NCBI GenBank assembly: GCA_030018935.1
Contig: JASEGZ010000004.1
Location: forward strand, 918-64,917
DNA: 64,000 bases
Source of the DNA: Syntrophales bacterium
Lineage (GTDB): Bacteria > Desulfobacterota > Syntrophia > Syntrophales > CG2-30-49-12
Reading direction: 5' to 3'
The translations under genes and the position numbers were made by a program. Below are positions 27,259 to 37,211 of this stretch, in pieces. Numbering within the stretch: the first letter of the stretch is position 1; each line of letters opens with the position of its first letter. The notes beneath the pieces are model-generated. The model ran no database searches. It saw only the letters and a program-made list of their open reading frames with translations, and had not been told where the DNA came from.

Positions 27259-28788
27259 ATGGTTTTGGCAGAGCTATTGATGAGGAATGTGAGGAATAAT
27301 CCCCATAAGAGAGCAATGGTCTGTAGGGAGACTCGAATTTCCCTTACCTATGGGGAGTTTAACGCAAGGGTAAACAGCCTGTTAAACGGTCTTTGTGATC
27401 TGGGGGTGAAAAAGGGAGATCGTGTGGCCGTCCTCTATCACAACTGCCACCATTATGCGGAGCTGTTTTTCGCCCTCGTAAAAGGTGGAATGGTCTTAGT
27501 CCCCATAGACTTCAGACTGAAGGAAAAGGAAATCTCTTTTCTCCTCAATAACTCCCAGGCCAGTATGGTAGTGGTGGGAGAGGATTATATAGAGGTGCTT
27601 CCTTCCCCGGTGGATATCCCGACCGTCAGGGGCCTTATCTGTATAGGAAAGGCCCCTGACGGGATGGAGGATTACGAATACCTGATCTCCTCCCATCCTC
27701 CCTGGGAACCACGGGTAAATGTGGAAGAGAAGGATCTGGCAACCCTCTATCATACCAGCGGGACCACAGGAGTTCCTAAAGGGGTGATGATGACCCACAA
27801 AAATCTCATCTCCATCGCCACCAATACGTTGATCGCCTTTCGGATAACTCCCGATGATATAACCCTCCATACTTCTCCCTTTTCCCATGTGGCGCCTATT
27901 TGGCCGTTATTGATCCATTTCTATATGGGAGGGAGCAATGTTTTATTAAAAAAATTCGCTCCCCAGGATGTCCTTGAGGCCATCGAGGAGGAAAGAATAA
28001 CTACATGGAACTCGGTGCCGGTAATGATTATTCAACTCTTGAACTATCCGGATATTCACCGGTACGATCTCAGCAGTCTCCGCTGGATATCCTACGGAGC
28101 TGCCCCCATGCCTGTGGAGATATTAAAGAGGGCGCTTACCCTTTTGGGTCCCATTCTTATCCAGGTATATGGATTAACCGAGGCCTACCCCGTTACCCTC
28201 CTGCCGCGTGAGGACCATATCCTTGAGGGTCCGGAGGAGAAGCTGAGGAGACTGGGGTCCTGTGGAAGGGAATTGATCAACTGTGAGGCAAGGGTAGTTG
28301 ATGAAAGGGGAGAAGATGTTGCTCCTGGTGAAATAGGAGAGATAATAACTAAGGGAGACCACGTGATGGAGGGTTACTGGGGTCTGCCGGAAGAGACTTC
28401 CGCAACCATAAAAGATGGGTGGTTGTATACCGGTGATCTGGCCACCGTAGATGCGGAGGGATATATTTATATTGTGGACAGGAAGAAGGAAATCATCATC
28501 AGCGGCGGGGAAAACATCTCCCCCCGCGAGGTGGAGGAAGTGATCTACATGCATCCTTCGGTATCGGAGGTAGCGGTGATCGGCGTTCCGGATGAAAAGT
28601 GGGGGGAGGCGGTCAAGGCATTGGTAGTGTTAAGGGAGGGGAAGAAGGCTACCGCCGAGGAGATAATAGATCTCTGTAAGAACAACCTGGCAGGCTTTAA
28701 AAAACCCAAGGCGGTAGAATTTCTGATTTCCCTGCCACACACACCCAGCGGTAAGGTGTTGAAAAGAGAGCTAAGAGAAAGATACTAA
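27259..28788 (+). CDS. AMP-dependent acyl-CoA synthetase/ligase
   Basis: AMP-binding motif LYHTSGTTGVPKGV, YGLTE, TGDLATVDAEGYIYIVDRKKE, and C-terminal PSGKVLKRELR. Confidence 0.88.
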   Translation: MVLAELLMRNVRNNPHKRAMVCRETRISLTYGEFNARVNSLLNGLCDLGVKKGDRVAVLYHNCHHYAELFFALVKGGMVLVPIDFRLKEKEISFLLNNSQASMVVVGEDYIEVLPSPVDIPTVRGLICIGKAPDGMEDYEYLISSHPPWEPRVNVEEKDLATLYHTSGTTGVPKGVMMTHKNLISIATNTLIAFRITPDDITLHTSPFSHVAPIWPLLIHFYMGGSNVLLKKFAPQDVLEAIEEERITTWNSVPVMIIQLLNYPDIHRYDLSSLRWISYGAAPMPVEILKRALTLLGPILIQVYGLTEAYPVTLLPREDHILEGPEEKLRRLGSCGRELINCEARVVDERGEDVAPGEIGEIITKGDHVMEGYWGLPEETSATIKDGWLYTGDLATVDAEGYIYIVDRKKEIIISGGENISPREVEEVIYMHPSVSEVAVIGVPDEKWGEAVKALVVLREGKKATAEEIIDLCKNNLAGFKKPKAVEFLISLPHTPSGKVLKRELRERY

Positions 28789-28847
28789 AAGTAAGACCCT
28801 TTGACCGAGGTGCATCCTCGGTCAGCTATTGGCTACAGGGTAGAAGA

Positions 28848-29225
28848 ATGATATACGGTATAGGCATTGATTTTGTTGAAGTTAGCAGGATGGAGAAGAT
28901 TCTTAAAAGATGGGAGGAACGATTTACTAACAGGGTGTATTCTCCGTTGGAGATTGATTACTGCAAAAAACGGGCTTTTCCGGCCATGCATTATGCGGCG
29001 AGGTTCGCTGTCAAGGAATCCTTCCTTAAAGCGGCGGGCGTCGGCTTGTGGATGGGAATAAGATTAAAAGATATTGAAATACTCAACAACAGGGAGGGTA
29101 GGCCGGAAATAAAACTCCATGAAAAGGCAAAAGAAATCCCGCAAGACAATGGTATAACCGCTATTTATATAAGCCTGTCCCATACAGCGGTGCTGGCAGT
29201 TGCTATGGTTATCCTGGAAAGGTGA
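28848..29225 (+). CDS. acpS: holo-[acyl-carrier-protein] synthase
   Basis: MIYGIGIDFVEVSR..., FAVKESFLKA, ISLSHT. 125 aa. Confidence 0.9.
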   Translation: MIYGIGIDFVEVSRMEKILKRWEERFTNRVYSPLEIDYCKKRAFPAMHYAARFAVKESFLKAAGVGLWMGIRLKDIEILNNREGRPEIKLHEKAKEIPQDNGITAIYISLSHTAVLAVAMVILER

Positions 29226-29306
29226 GTGTGAAGTTTGAAGTGAGCTAAAGTGCCTAAAGTTACAGAAAAATCAAAAACTTTAAGCGCTTTAAACTTTAGG
29301 CGCTTT
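29226..29306. repeat. low-complexity hairpin repeat (AAGT/AACTTTAGGCGCTTT words)
   Basis: GTGAAGTTTGAAGTGAGCTAAAGTGCCTAAAGTT pairs with tandem AACTTTAAGCGCTTT / AACTTTAGGCGCTTT. Starts immediately after the acpS stop. Confidence 0.65.
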
Positions 29307-29325
29307 CCCGGTTTATCCGTGTTAG

Positions 29326-29811
29326 GTGATGGATAAAACTCATGTTAAGCTGATTTCTGAAGATCCGCAGGAAACGTTCTCTCTCGGCAAGGTATTAGGA
29401 GAGAACTTGCATGCGGGAGATGTCGTTGCCCTTGTTGGTGAGCTAGGGGCGGGAAAAACATGTCTTACACAGGGTATCGCAAGGGGGCTTGGCGTACCGG
29501 AATGTTATCAGATTACAAGTCCCACATTTACCCTGATCAATGAATATCCGGGGAGGTTTGTCCTCTATCATCTGGACATGTATCGTCTGTCGGGGGTTGG
29601 GGATCTGGAGGAGTTAGGGTATGAGGAATATTTCGGGGGAGATGGTGTCCTCGTCATTGAGTGGGCGGAAAAGATAAGTGCAATCCTTCCCGACGAGACC
29701 TTGTTTGTTTCTCTTACTTATCTGGATGAAAATAAACGGGAAATTGATATTTACGGTGGGGTGAACAGGATAGCTCTCATTTTGGCTGCCTTAAAAGAGG
29801 GAGGTTTTTAG
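29326..29811 (+). CDS. tsaE: tRNA t6A37 biosynthesis ATPase TsaE
   Basis: LVGELGAGKTCLTQGIARGLG, SPTFTLINEY, HLDMYRL. Confidence 0.88.
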   Translation: MMDKTHVKLISEDPQETFSLGKVLGENLHAGDVVALVGELGAGKTCLTQGIARGLGVPECYQITSPTFTLINEYPGRFVLYHLDMYRLSGVGDLEELGYEEYFGGDGVLVIEWAEKISAILPDETLFVSLTYLDENKREIDIYGGVNRIALILAALKEGGF

Positions 29812-29814
29812 CTC

Positions 29815-31035
29815 ATGGCCCTGGTAGTGCAAAAATATGGAGGTGCCTCCGTTGCTGATATTGAAAAGATAGAGAGTGTTGCCCGGAGGGTGATCAAGGC
29901 AAAAGAGGCAGGAAACGATGTGGTGGTAGTTTTATCGGCTATGGCCGGTGAGACAGACAGGCTTATACAGATGGCCTATAGCGCGGCTGGTGAGCCTGAT
30001 GGGAGGGAATACGATGCCCTTATTTCCATGGGAGAACAGATCACCGTCACCCTCTTAGCTATTATTTTGAACAGGATGGGTTACAGGGCCAGGTCCTTTC
30101 TCGCTTTTCAGGTGAAGATCATAACCGATCAGGCGCACAAGAAGGCCCGGATTCTCAGGGTGGAGACGGAAGCCATAAAAAATGAACTCAAAAAAGGAAC
30201 CATTGTTGTTGTGGCGGGATTTCAGGGTGTTGACCGGGAAAACAATATTACAACCCTCGGGCGGGGGGGATCCGACACGAGCGCCGTTGCTCTAACAGCG
30301 GCGCTGAATGCCGATGTATGCGAGATATTTACGGATGTTGATGGCATTTATACAACGGATCCCAGTATTTACAATAGGGCAAGGCGCTTGAACAAGATTT
30401 CCTATGACGAAATGCTGGAAATGGCAAGGGCAGGAGCAAAAGTGCTCCAGCCTCGCTGTGTAGAGCTGGCCAAAAAATATGAGGTTCCCATATATGTAGA
30501 GTCTTCATTTACCGACGAGGGGGGAACGCTGGTGACTAAGGAGGATGGGGATATGGAGAGAGAGGTGGTGTCTGGAGTAACGTATGATCGGGACCAGGCC
30601 AAGATTACGGTGGTTCACGTTCCGGATAGGCCTGGTGTGGCCGCGCGTTTATTTACGCCCATTTCAGAGCACAACATCGTCATTGATATGATCATTCAAA
30701 ATGTAAGCCTTGAGGGGTATACCGATCTAACCTTTACAGTTTCAAAAAAAGATGCCAATGAAGCGTATAGGCTGATTAGGGAGGTGGCAAAGGATGTGGG
30801 GGCAGACAGGGTAGAAGTAGATGAGAATGTAGCAAAGGTGTCCGTCATCGGCGTGGGAATGATCAGTCATTCCGGTGTTGCGGCAAAGATGTTTGGCGCC
30901 CTTGCCAGTGAAGGAATCAATATCATGATGATCAGCACCTCTGAAATAAAGATCTCGTGTGTTGTGCAGGCAAAATATACCGAACTTGCCGTCACGGTTC
31001 TTCACGATGCCTTTGGATTGGAGCAAAAATCATAA
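29815..31035 (+). CDS. lysC: aspartate kinase
   Basis: [43 protein letters not shown], and two C-terminal ACT domains. Confidence 0.93.
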   Translation: MALVVQKYGGASVADIEKIESVARRVIKAKEAGNDVVVVLSAMAGETDRLIQMAYSAAGEPDGREYDALISMGEQITVTLLAIILNRMGYRARSFLAFQVKIITDQAHKKARILRVETEAIKNELKKGTIVVVAGFQGVDRENNITTLGRGGSDTSAVALTAALNADVCEIFTDVDGIYTTDPSIYNRARRLNKISYDEMLEMARAGAKVLQPRCVELAKKYEVPIYVESSFTDEGGTLVTKEDGDMEREVVSGVTYDRDQAKITVVHVPDRPGVAARLFTPISEHNIVIDMIIQNVSLEGYTDLTFTVSKKDANEAYRLIREVAKDVGADRVEVDENVAKVSVIGVGMISHSGVAAKMFGALASEGINIMMISTSEIKISCVVQAKYTELAVTVLHDAFGLEQKS

Positions 31036-31042
31036 GATTATC

Positions 31043-31609
31043 ATGTCCATCACCGACAGACAGCTTGACGGATCAATTGTCCTCGTTGCGATTGCATCTT
31101 TCGTTTATATTGCAGTCTCCCTCCTTGCCCGGTACCCTTCTCATGGTACCTCCATTCCTTACAGCGATGGAGGTTCATGCCCTGTAATAGCTGAGCTGAC
31201 CGGTGACACGGATCACAGGGGAATCTATTTCGTACCTGAAGATACAACGATTTCCGATTTTTTGAAGATTGCCGAAGTAGAAAATATAAGTGATCTTGAG
31301 AAGAAAACCGTTAAACTGTCAACCGGTGTGGCGGTTACAATAAATGCAGGCAATCAGTTAAGCATGGGGAAAATGGGTGCGGCCAAGAGACTGCTCCTCG
31401 ATATCCCTATTGACATTAATCTGGCCTCCCCTGAGGATCTTATGCTTGTCCCCGGCATTGGTGAGAAGACGGCACAACGGATCATTCATCTCAGAGAAAC
31501 CTCCGGAAGATTACAGGGGCTTGAGGATTTGATGAAGATACCGGGGATCAAAGAAAAAAGATTGGCCCGGATAAAAAAGTACCTCTATGTTGAGGGTGTG
31601 GAGAACTGA
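31043..31609 (+). CDS. comEA: ComEA-like DNA-binding competence protein (TM anchor, SLBB-like region, helix-hairpin-helix)
   Basis: Start set to ATG 31043 (MSITDRQ...), followed by an N-terminal TM helix. C-terminal INLASPEDLMLVPGIGEKTAQRII...LMKIPGIKEKRL HhH pair. Confidence 0.8.
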   Translation: MSITDRQLDGSIVLVAIASFVYIAVSLLARYPSHGTSIPYSDGGSCPVIAELTGDTDHRGIYFVPEDTTISDFLKIAEVENISDLEKKTVKLSTGVAVTINAGNQLSMGKMGAAKRLLLDIPIDINLASPEDLMLVPGIGEKTAQRIIHLRETSGRLQGLEDLMKIPGIKEKRLARIKKYLYVEGVEN

Positions 31610-31613
31610 TCTC

Positions 31614-32216
31614 TTACCTGCTTTTACCGCTGTATTTATTGAAATAATTCAAAACTCGCTGGATATATGTCTGGGTCTCCTCGTAGGGGGGGATGGAGTT
31701 GTTATATCGGGCCACAGCCCCTTCACCGGCATTGTAGGCGGCCAATGTTAGGGGCAGGTCCCCGTTAAAAAGATTTAAGAGATAGCGTAAATACCGGACA
31801 CCGCCTTCAATGTTATTTTCGGGGTGGAGGGAATCTTGTACTTCCAGAGAGGAAGCTGTCGCGGGCATGAGCTGCATTAAACCTCGGGCCCCCACGGGGG
31901 ATACGGCCCGGGGGTTAAAGTTTGACTCTGCCTTAATAACAGCCTTGATTAGAGCGGAATCAACATTATACTTCTTAGCCGCTTTTGTGATCAGATGATC
32001 ATACCTCTCCACATCCTGTCCCAGGTTGAATTGCACACGCTTTTCTTTTAAGACGAGAACATATTGGGCATTGACATCTGTGGGAACGTTGGTTAGGTGG
32101 ATAACACCTTCTTTATCTATGTATTTATAGATGTCGGTGAGGGGAAGAGAAGGAAAAACAAAATTTATTATCAGCAACAACAGAATAAAAAGCATAGTGG
32201 TTTTTTTCTGAGTCAT
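31614..32216 (-). CDS. lytic transglycosylase (SLT domain) with N-terminal signal/anchor
   Basis: AVIKAESNFNPRAVSPVGARGLMQLMPATA and AAYNAGEGAV, the SLT family 1 motifs. Confidence 0.85.
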   Translation of the reverse strand: MTQKKTTMLFILLLLIINFVFPSLPLTDIYKYIDKEGVIHLTNVPTDVNAQYVLVLKEKRVQFNLGQDVERYDHLITKAAKKYNVDSALIKAVIKAESNFNPRAVSPVGARGLMQLMPATASSLEVQDSLHPENNIEGGVRYLRYLLNLFNGDLPLTLAAYNAGEGAVARYNNSIPPYEETQTYIQRVLNYFNKYSGKSR

Positions 32217-32253
32217 TCCTGAAAACCCCCCTATTTTTTATTTTTCATTGTCC

Positions 32254-32282
32254 TTGACATAGACATTTTATGGTGTTAATGT
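32254..32282 (+). promoter_or_regulatory. candidate sigma-70 promoter for tRNA-Pro (TTGACA-17-TAATGT)
   Basis: TTGACA at 32254-32259 and TAATGT at 32277-32282, ~25 nt upstream of the tRNA 5-prime end. Confidence 0.45.
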
Positions 32283-32306
32283 TCTCCGACTTTAAAATAT
32301 CATTGT

Positions 32307-32384
<78 letters not shown>

Positions 32385-32505
32385 TAGAAGCTGGATACAG
32401 TTTTCCTTTAAATTTATGCCTTAATAAGTTCTCCTGCTTTAATGAGTTCTCCAAAGTGTTAAATAAGTCCTTCACCCATTTGTTTTCTTCTGTAACTGTC
32501 GTAAG

Positions 32506-32970
32506 TTAGCCCCTTGAGGGGAGAGCCATTGTAGCCTTGCCCGGAGTTGTTTTTTCCCCCTTGGCGTTTTCTACCCAGATATCGCAATCTACGAAATGTT
32601 CGTTACCTTCAATATATTTCCTCGTGACCGTGCCCTTGCACCACCAGGTATCCCCCTCCTGAGGTTCCTCCATGGTCTTCATTCGCCGGGGCCAGTCCAC
32701 GGCTCGGAATTGACAGGATAACTTCTTCAAGAAGCCTTGTTCCCCGATCCAGTCAGTCATAAGCTGGCATAGCCAGGCACGCTTGAGTTGACCATGGACA
32801 TAGGCCCGCTCCAACCCCTGGGAATCGGCGAATGCATCCTCATAGTGTGCCGGATTGAAATCCCCTGATGCCCCCGCCCATTTTACCAGCATTTGAGTGG
32901 TGGGAATCTTGGGTAACGGGGTTACTTCTTTACCTGCTTCCACATCTTCCCAGTATATTTCCTTGGCCAT
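32506..32970 (-). CDS. MaoC-like hotdog-fold (R)-hydratase subunit
   Basis: GASGDFNPAHYED...VHGQL hydratase-motif region. Its C-terminal half aligns with the C-terminal half of the fused protein at 40168-41286. Confidence 0.75.
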   Translation of the reverse strand: MAKEIYWEDVEAGKEVTPLPKIPTTQMLVKWAGASGDFNPAHYEDAFADSQGLERAYVHGQLKRAWLCQLMTDWIGEQGFLKKLSCQFRAVDWPRRMKTMEEPQEGDTWWCKGTVTRKYIEGNEHFVDCDIWVENAKGEKTTPGKATMALPSRG

Positions 32971-32991
32971 TTTTTCACCTCCAGAAATAGA

Positions 32992-33459
32992 TTAGCTACA
33001 GACCAGGGTCGAGCGCACGTTAGCTACCCGATCGCCATTTTGATTAATATAAGTTGTTTCGGTAACGGCAAATATCAATTTACCTGCCTTGCCCTCACGC
33101 TCGTAAACATCAGCAATTCTCCCTGTGGCTGCCAGGATATCGCCAGCACGCACAGGGAGCAGAAACTCGAACTCGGACCCACCATCTAAGAGACGTTTAT
33201 AGCCGGCCTTCATTATAGCCTCCAACAGTTCTTTCCGGACTCCGCTAAGGCGGGGACGTGATTTTACAGGCCAACCAAAGAAACCGGGAGGGCATATAAT
33301 CGTCCCGTGTTTTGAGGTCCTGGTATATTCCTCATCGTGATAAATAGGGTTGGGGTCGCCTATGGCCTCGGCGTATCTTTTTATTGCTCCCTTTTCCACT
33401 TCCATGAGATAGGGTTCATCTGTTTTGCCGATGAACTTTTTCAACTCTTCTATAGCCAC
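32992..33459 (-). CDS. hotdog-fold dehydratase subunit (MaoC N-terminal/FAS1-like type)
   Basis: AIKRYAEAIGDPNPIYHDEEY...PPGFF pattern. Sits 21 nt upstream of the MaoC-like partner, suggesting a heteromeric hydratase. Confidence 0.72.
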   Translation of the reverse strand: MAIEELKKFIGKTDEPYLMEVEKGAIKRYAEAIGDPNPIYHDEEYTRTSKHGTIICPPGFFGWPVKSRPRLSGVRKELLEAIMKAGYKRLLDGGSEFEFLLPVRAGDILAATGRIADVYEREGKAGKLIFAVTETTYINQNGDRVANVRSTLVCS

Positions 33460-33813
33460 CTTACTCCTCCTTTGGAAAATAAAAAGTTACGGAGAATAAT
33501 CCTCTTTTTACGTTCCCTTCGGTCTCCAGGCTTTGCTCTGGGAAGCCAATTACCAGAAGCATATTCTCTTGTCAAGGTTTTTAACCCTCCACGTCTTTTC
33601 AAGCGGTCCAGATATGCTATCGAGAAGTTCTTTTAGAATTGACTTTTCCTCTTTCAGGGTTTATTTCTAACAAAAATTGGAAGAAGGGAAAAAGGGGAAT
33701 CCAATTACCTGTAAAAGAAGCCTGGAGTAGGTAAGATACTACAGCGAATGTAGCTATTTAGCTTTAAGCTCCCAGCTTTCAGTGCGCTTGGTGCATATAC
33801 GAAATAATTGCCG

Positions 33814-33842
33814 TTGACAATCAGGGAGGAAATGGATATATT
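33814..33842 (+). promoter_or_regulatory. candidate sigma-70 promoter for tRNA-Leu/tig (TTGACA-17-TATATT)
   Basis: TTGACA at 33814-33819 and TATATT at 33837-33842, ~20 nt before the tRNA-Leu 5-prime end. Confidence 0.5.
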
Positions 33843-33862
33843 TTGTCGTAGATTTCTACTTT

Positions 33863-33946
33863 GCGAGAGTGGCGGAACTGGAAGACGCACTGGACTTAGG
33901 ATCCAGCCCGCCTATGCGGATAGGGGTTCGAGTCCCCTCTCTCGCA
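33863..33946 (+). tRNA. tRNA-Leu (anticodon TAG)
   Basis: Acceptor GCGAGAG/CTCTCGC, anticodon stem CTGGA/TCCAG with loop CTTAGGA, long variable arm, T-arm GGGGTTCGAGTCCCC. CCA is not encoded. Confidence 0.9.
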
Positions 33947-34000
33947 TCAATCTTTGGGAGGTCTTTTGGTAAATGTGTTCGGGAAGGAGAATTAATTATT

Positions 34001-35338
34001 GTGAGCGAGGTGGATGTGGCTGTAAAAGTTGAAGAGATCAGTCCTGTCAAAAAGAAGATTTTGTTTGATATTCCCTGGATGGATGTAAAAAAGGAACTGG
34101 ATGCAGTCTATCGTAATGTAGCTAAGTCAGCTAAAATCAAGGGGTTTAGACAGGGAAGGATTCCCAGAGAGGTTTTGGAGGTTTACTATAAGGAATCTGC
34201 GGAAGGTGAAACAATATCGAATCTACTCAAAAAATTCTATCGGGGGGCTCTCGAAGAGGAGGATATCATCCCGGTAACTCAGCCCCATATTGATCAAGGG
34301 GGGATTGAAAAAAATAAGAACTTTACCTTTACAGCAACCGTCGAGGTGGAACCTGTTATCGAACCGAATGACTACACCGGTCTGGAACTGGAGATGGAGG
34401 GACTCGACATTACAGAAAGGGATGTTGAGGAGAGACTCCAGCAAATCAGGCAAATGTTCGCCAGTCTCGAAGAAGTGGGAGATGACAGAGGAGTTATGGA
34501 GGGTGATTTTACAACCCTTGATTTTGAAGGAACAGCCGAGGGAGAACCACTCAAGGGACTGAAGGCGGAAGATTATACTCTGGAAGTTGGCTCTAAGACG
34601 TTTTTACCCGGTTTTGAGGAGCAGTTGATAGGGATGAAAAGGGGAGAGCCAGGGCAAATCCGGATCAAATTCCCCGATGACCATCATATTGAGCATTTAG
34701 CAGGAAAAGAAGTTATATTTTCTGTAAACTTAAAAAGCATAAAGGAAAAGAAATTACCCGAGCTGGATGAAAACTTTATTCGTAATTTTGATAAGTTTGA
34801 ATCCATGGAAGAACTCAAAGAGGATATCCGGAAATCATTGGAAGAGGAGAATAAAGTTAAGGCCGATCTGGCCTTGAAAGACCTTGTTGTCAGCAAACTT
34901 CTGGAAGCTAATGAATTTGAAGTACCGCCTTCATTTGTAGAAGGTCAGATCTTTTATATGATGGCCGATACACAGCAAAGGATGATCCTCAGCGGGATGG
35001 ATCGTAAAGAAGCCGCTGAATTGAGTTTGCAGTTTCGTGACCATTTCAGAGATGAAGCGACCACAATTGTCAAATCCGGGTTTCTTTTGAAGAGTATTGC
35101 CCGGAAAGAGTCTCTTACCGTTGATGAAAAAGAGGTCGAAGACCATCTCAGGGATATGGCTCGTGAGCATGCCAAGGAATACGAATCTTTGCGGGAATCT
35201 TACGAAAAAAACGGTAGGATTGATTATATAAGAAATGAAATTCTTAATAAAAAAGTGTTTGATTTTATAAAGGGAACATCAAAAATAACAGTTGTCAAAA
35301 AGACAGAGACTAAAAAAGAGGAGAAAGAAAATATATGA
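34001..35338 (+). CDS. tig: trigger factor
   Basis: GTG start 34001 (GGAGA upstream). The longer ORF from 33869 would overlap tRNA-Leu. Has the N-terminal ribosome-binding GFRQGRIPR motif, a central FKBP-like domain, and sits in the conserved tig-clpP-clpX-lon order. Confidence 0.9.
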   Translation: MSEVDVAVKVEEISPVKKKILFDIPWMDVKKELDAVYRNVAKSAKIKGFRQGRIPREVLEVYYKESAEGETISNLLKKFYRGALEEEDIIPVTQPHIDQGGIEKNKNFTFTATVEVEPVIEPNDYTGLELEMEGLDITERDVEERLQQIRQMFASLEEVGDDRGVMEGDFTTLDFEGTAEGEPLKGLKAEDYTLEVGSKTFLPGFEEQLIGMKRGEPGQIRIKFPDDHHIEHLAGKEVIFSVNLKSIKEKKLPELDENFIRNFDKFESMEELKEDIRKSLEEENKVKADLALKDLVVSKLLEANEFEVPPSFVEGQIFYMMADTQQRMILSGMDRKEAAELSLQFRDHFRDEATTIVKSGFLLKSIARKESLTVDEKEVEDHLRDMAREHAKEYESLRESYEKNGRIDYIRNEILNKKVFDFIKGTSKITVVKKTETKKEEKENI

Positions 35339-35919
35339 CTCTGATCCCCATCGTGGTCGAGCAGGATGGGAGGGGTGAGCGGGCCTTTGACATCTATTCA
35401 AGGCTTTTAAAGGAGAGGATCATCTTTCTCGGGACACCCATTGATGATGATGTGGCAAATCTCATCATTGCCCAGATGCTGTACCTCGAATCGGAAGATC
35501 CCGACAAGGAAATCTTTTTCTATCTGAATACTCCGGGGGGGCTGGTGAGTTCCGGACTGGCGATTTATGATACCATGCAGTATATTAAACCCCCCGTCTG
35601 CACCGTTTGTATGGGGCAGGCAGCCAGTATGGGCGCTCTCCTTCTTGCTGCCGGTGAGAAGGGAAAAAGGTATTCCTTACCCCATTCGAGGATACTCATC
35701 CATCAACCGCTCGGTGGTTTTCATGGCCAGGCCACGGATATTAATATTCAGGCGCGTGAGATCTTACGCTTGAAAGAGGAATTAAACACTATCCTTGCTG
35801 AACTGACCAATCAACCCCTTGCAAAGGTCGAGGCAGATACAGAGAGGGATTACTACATGACAGTTCTTCAGGCAAAGGAATATGGAATCATTGATGAAAT
35901 AATTGCAAAAAAGACGTAA
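35335..35919 (+). CDS. clpP: ATP-dependent Clp protease proteolytic subunit
   Basis: [13 protein letters not shown], catalytic [12 protein letters not shown] (Ser), and IHQPLGG (His). Confidence 0.95.
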   Translation: MTLIPIVVEQDGRGERAFDIYSRLLKERIIFLGTPIDDDVANLIIAQMLYLESEDPDKEIFFYLNTPGGLVSSGLAIYDTMQYIKPPVCTVCMGQAASMGALLLAAGEKGKRYSLPHSRILIHQPLGGFHGQATDINIQAREILRLKEELNTILAELTNQPLAKVEADTERDYYMTVLQAKEYGIIDEIIAKKT

Positions 35920-35942
35920 CACTCTCAGGAGGAGTTTCTCTG

Positions 35943-37202
35943 ATGGCCAAGAAGGGTAGGGATTATCAAGGTGGACAGATGCTTTTCTGTTCTTTTTGCG
36001 GAAAGACACAGAGTGAAGTCAGAAAATTAGTCGCGGGCCCCGCGGCATATATCTGTGACGAATGCGTAGAACTCTGTAAGTGTATTATTGAGGAAGAATG
36101 CGATACACATGATGTCGGGCAGTATAAAGATACCTTTCCCAAACCAAAGGTTATTAAAAAATTTCTTGATCAGTACGTCATCGGTCAGGAGAAGCCTAAA
36201 AAGGTGCTCTCCGTAGCTGTCTATAACCATTACGGACGTTTGTTTTCGAATCTTGACATGGATGCGGTTGAAATCCAGAAAAGCAATATCCTGTTAATCG
36301 GGCCTACTGGCTCGGGGAAGACTCTCCTGGCAAAGACCCTCGCCAAGATATTGAATGTCCCCTTTACCATAGCCGATGCAACGACTTTGACCGAGGCCGG
36401 GTATGTGGGAGAGGACGTGGAAAATATAATCCTGAGCCTTCTTCAGAATGCCGATTATGATGTGGAGAGGGCTTCAAGAGGAATTGTCTATATAGATGAA
36501 ATTGATAAGATCGCAAAAAAATCGGGGAATCCTTCCATTACAAGAGACGTATCCGGTGAAGGCGTCCAGCAGGCCCTTTTAAAGATCATAGAAGGCACCA
36601 TGGCAAGCATACCGCCAAAAGGAGGAAGAAAGCATCCACAGCAGGAATTTATCCAGGTGGATACAATAAATATACTATTCATCTGCGGTGGGGCATTCAA
36701 TGGTCTCGAAGATATTATTGCCAAGCGGATCGGCGCCACTTCTATGGGGTTTGGCGCCGACATTAAGAGTAAGCAAGAGAAGAAGATTGGTGAATTATTG
36801 TCAGAAGTACAGCCGGAAGACCTTTTGAAATATGGGTTGATACCGGAATTTATCGGCAGGTTACCGGTGATTGCCACTTTGAATGAGTTGGACCAGGATG
36901 ATATGATAAAGATTTTAGTTGAACCCAAAGATTCTATTATCAAACAGTACAAAAAAATATTTGAATTTGAAAATGTAAAACTGAAATTTACGGACGGCGC
37001 CCTAAGGGCAATAGCCAAATTGTCCATGGAACGGAAATCAGGAGCAAGGGGGCTGCGATCAATCCTGGAAAATGCCATGCTGGATATTATGTATGATATT
37101 CCCTCTCGACAGGATGTGAGGGAGTGTGTTATCAGTGAAGATGTTATTCTGAACAGGGAACGGCCTATTCTGCTTTACGAGGCAAAATCTGAAACGGCTT
37201 AG
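35943..37202 (+). CDS. clpX: ATP-dependent Clp protease ATP-binding subunit ClpX
   Basis: Zinc-binding CSFCGK...CDEC, Walker [21 protein letters not shown], and the IGF-like loop region. Confidence 0.95.
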   Translation: MAKKGRDYQGGQMLFCSFCGKTQSEVRKLVAGPAAYICDECVELCKCIIEEECDTHDVGQYKDTFPKPKVIKKFLDQYVIGQEKPKKVLSVAVYNHYGRLFSNLDMDAVEIQKSNILLIGPTGSGKTLLAKTLAKILNVPFTIADATTLTEAGYVGEDVENIILSLLQNADYDVERASRGIVYIDEIDKIAKKSGNPSITRDVSGEGVQQALLKIIEGTMASIPPKGGRKHPQQEFIQVDTINILFICGGAFNGLEDIIAKRIGATSMGFGADIKSKQEKKIGELLSEVQPEDLLKYGLIPEFIGRLPVIATLNELDQDDMIKILVEPKDSIIKQYKKIFEFENVKLKFTDGALRAIAKLSMERKSGARGLRSILENAMLDIMYDIPSRQDVRECVISEDVILNRERPILLYEAKSETA

Positions 37203-37211
37203 GAAACGGTA

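Noticed and set aside
33869-34000. N-terminal extension of the trigger factor ORF
   Set aside because: The extension is encoded by tRNA-Leu and its trailer. A GTG at 34001 with an upstream GGAGA gives a normal trigger factor N-terminus.
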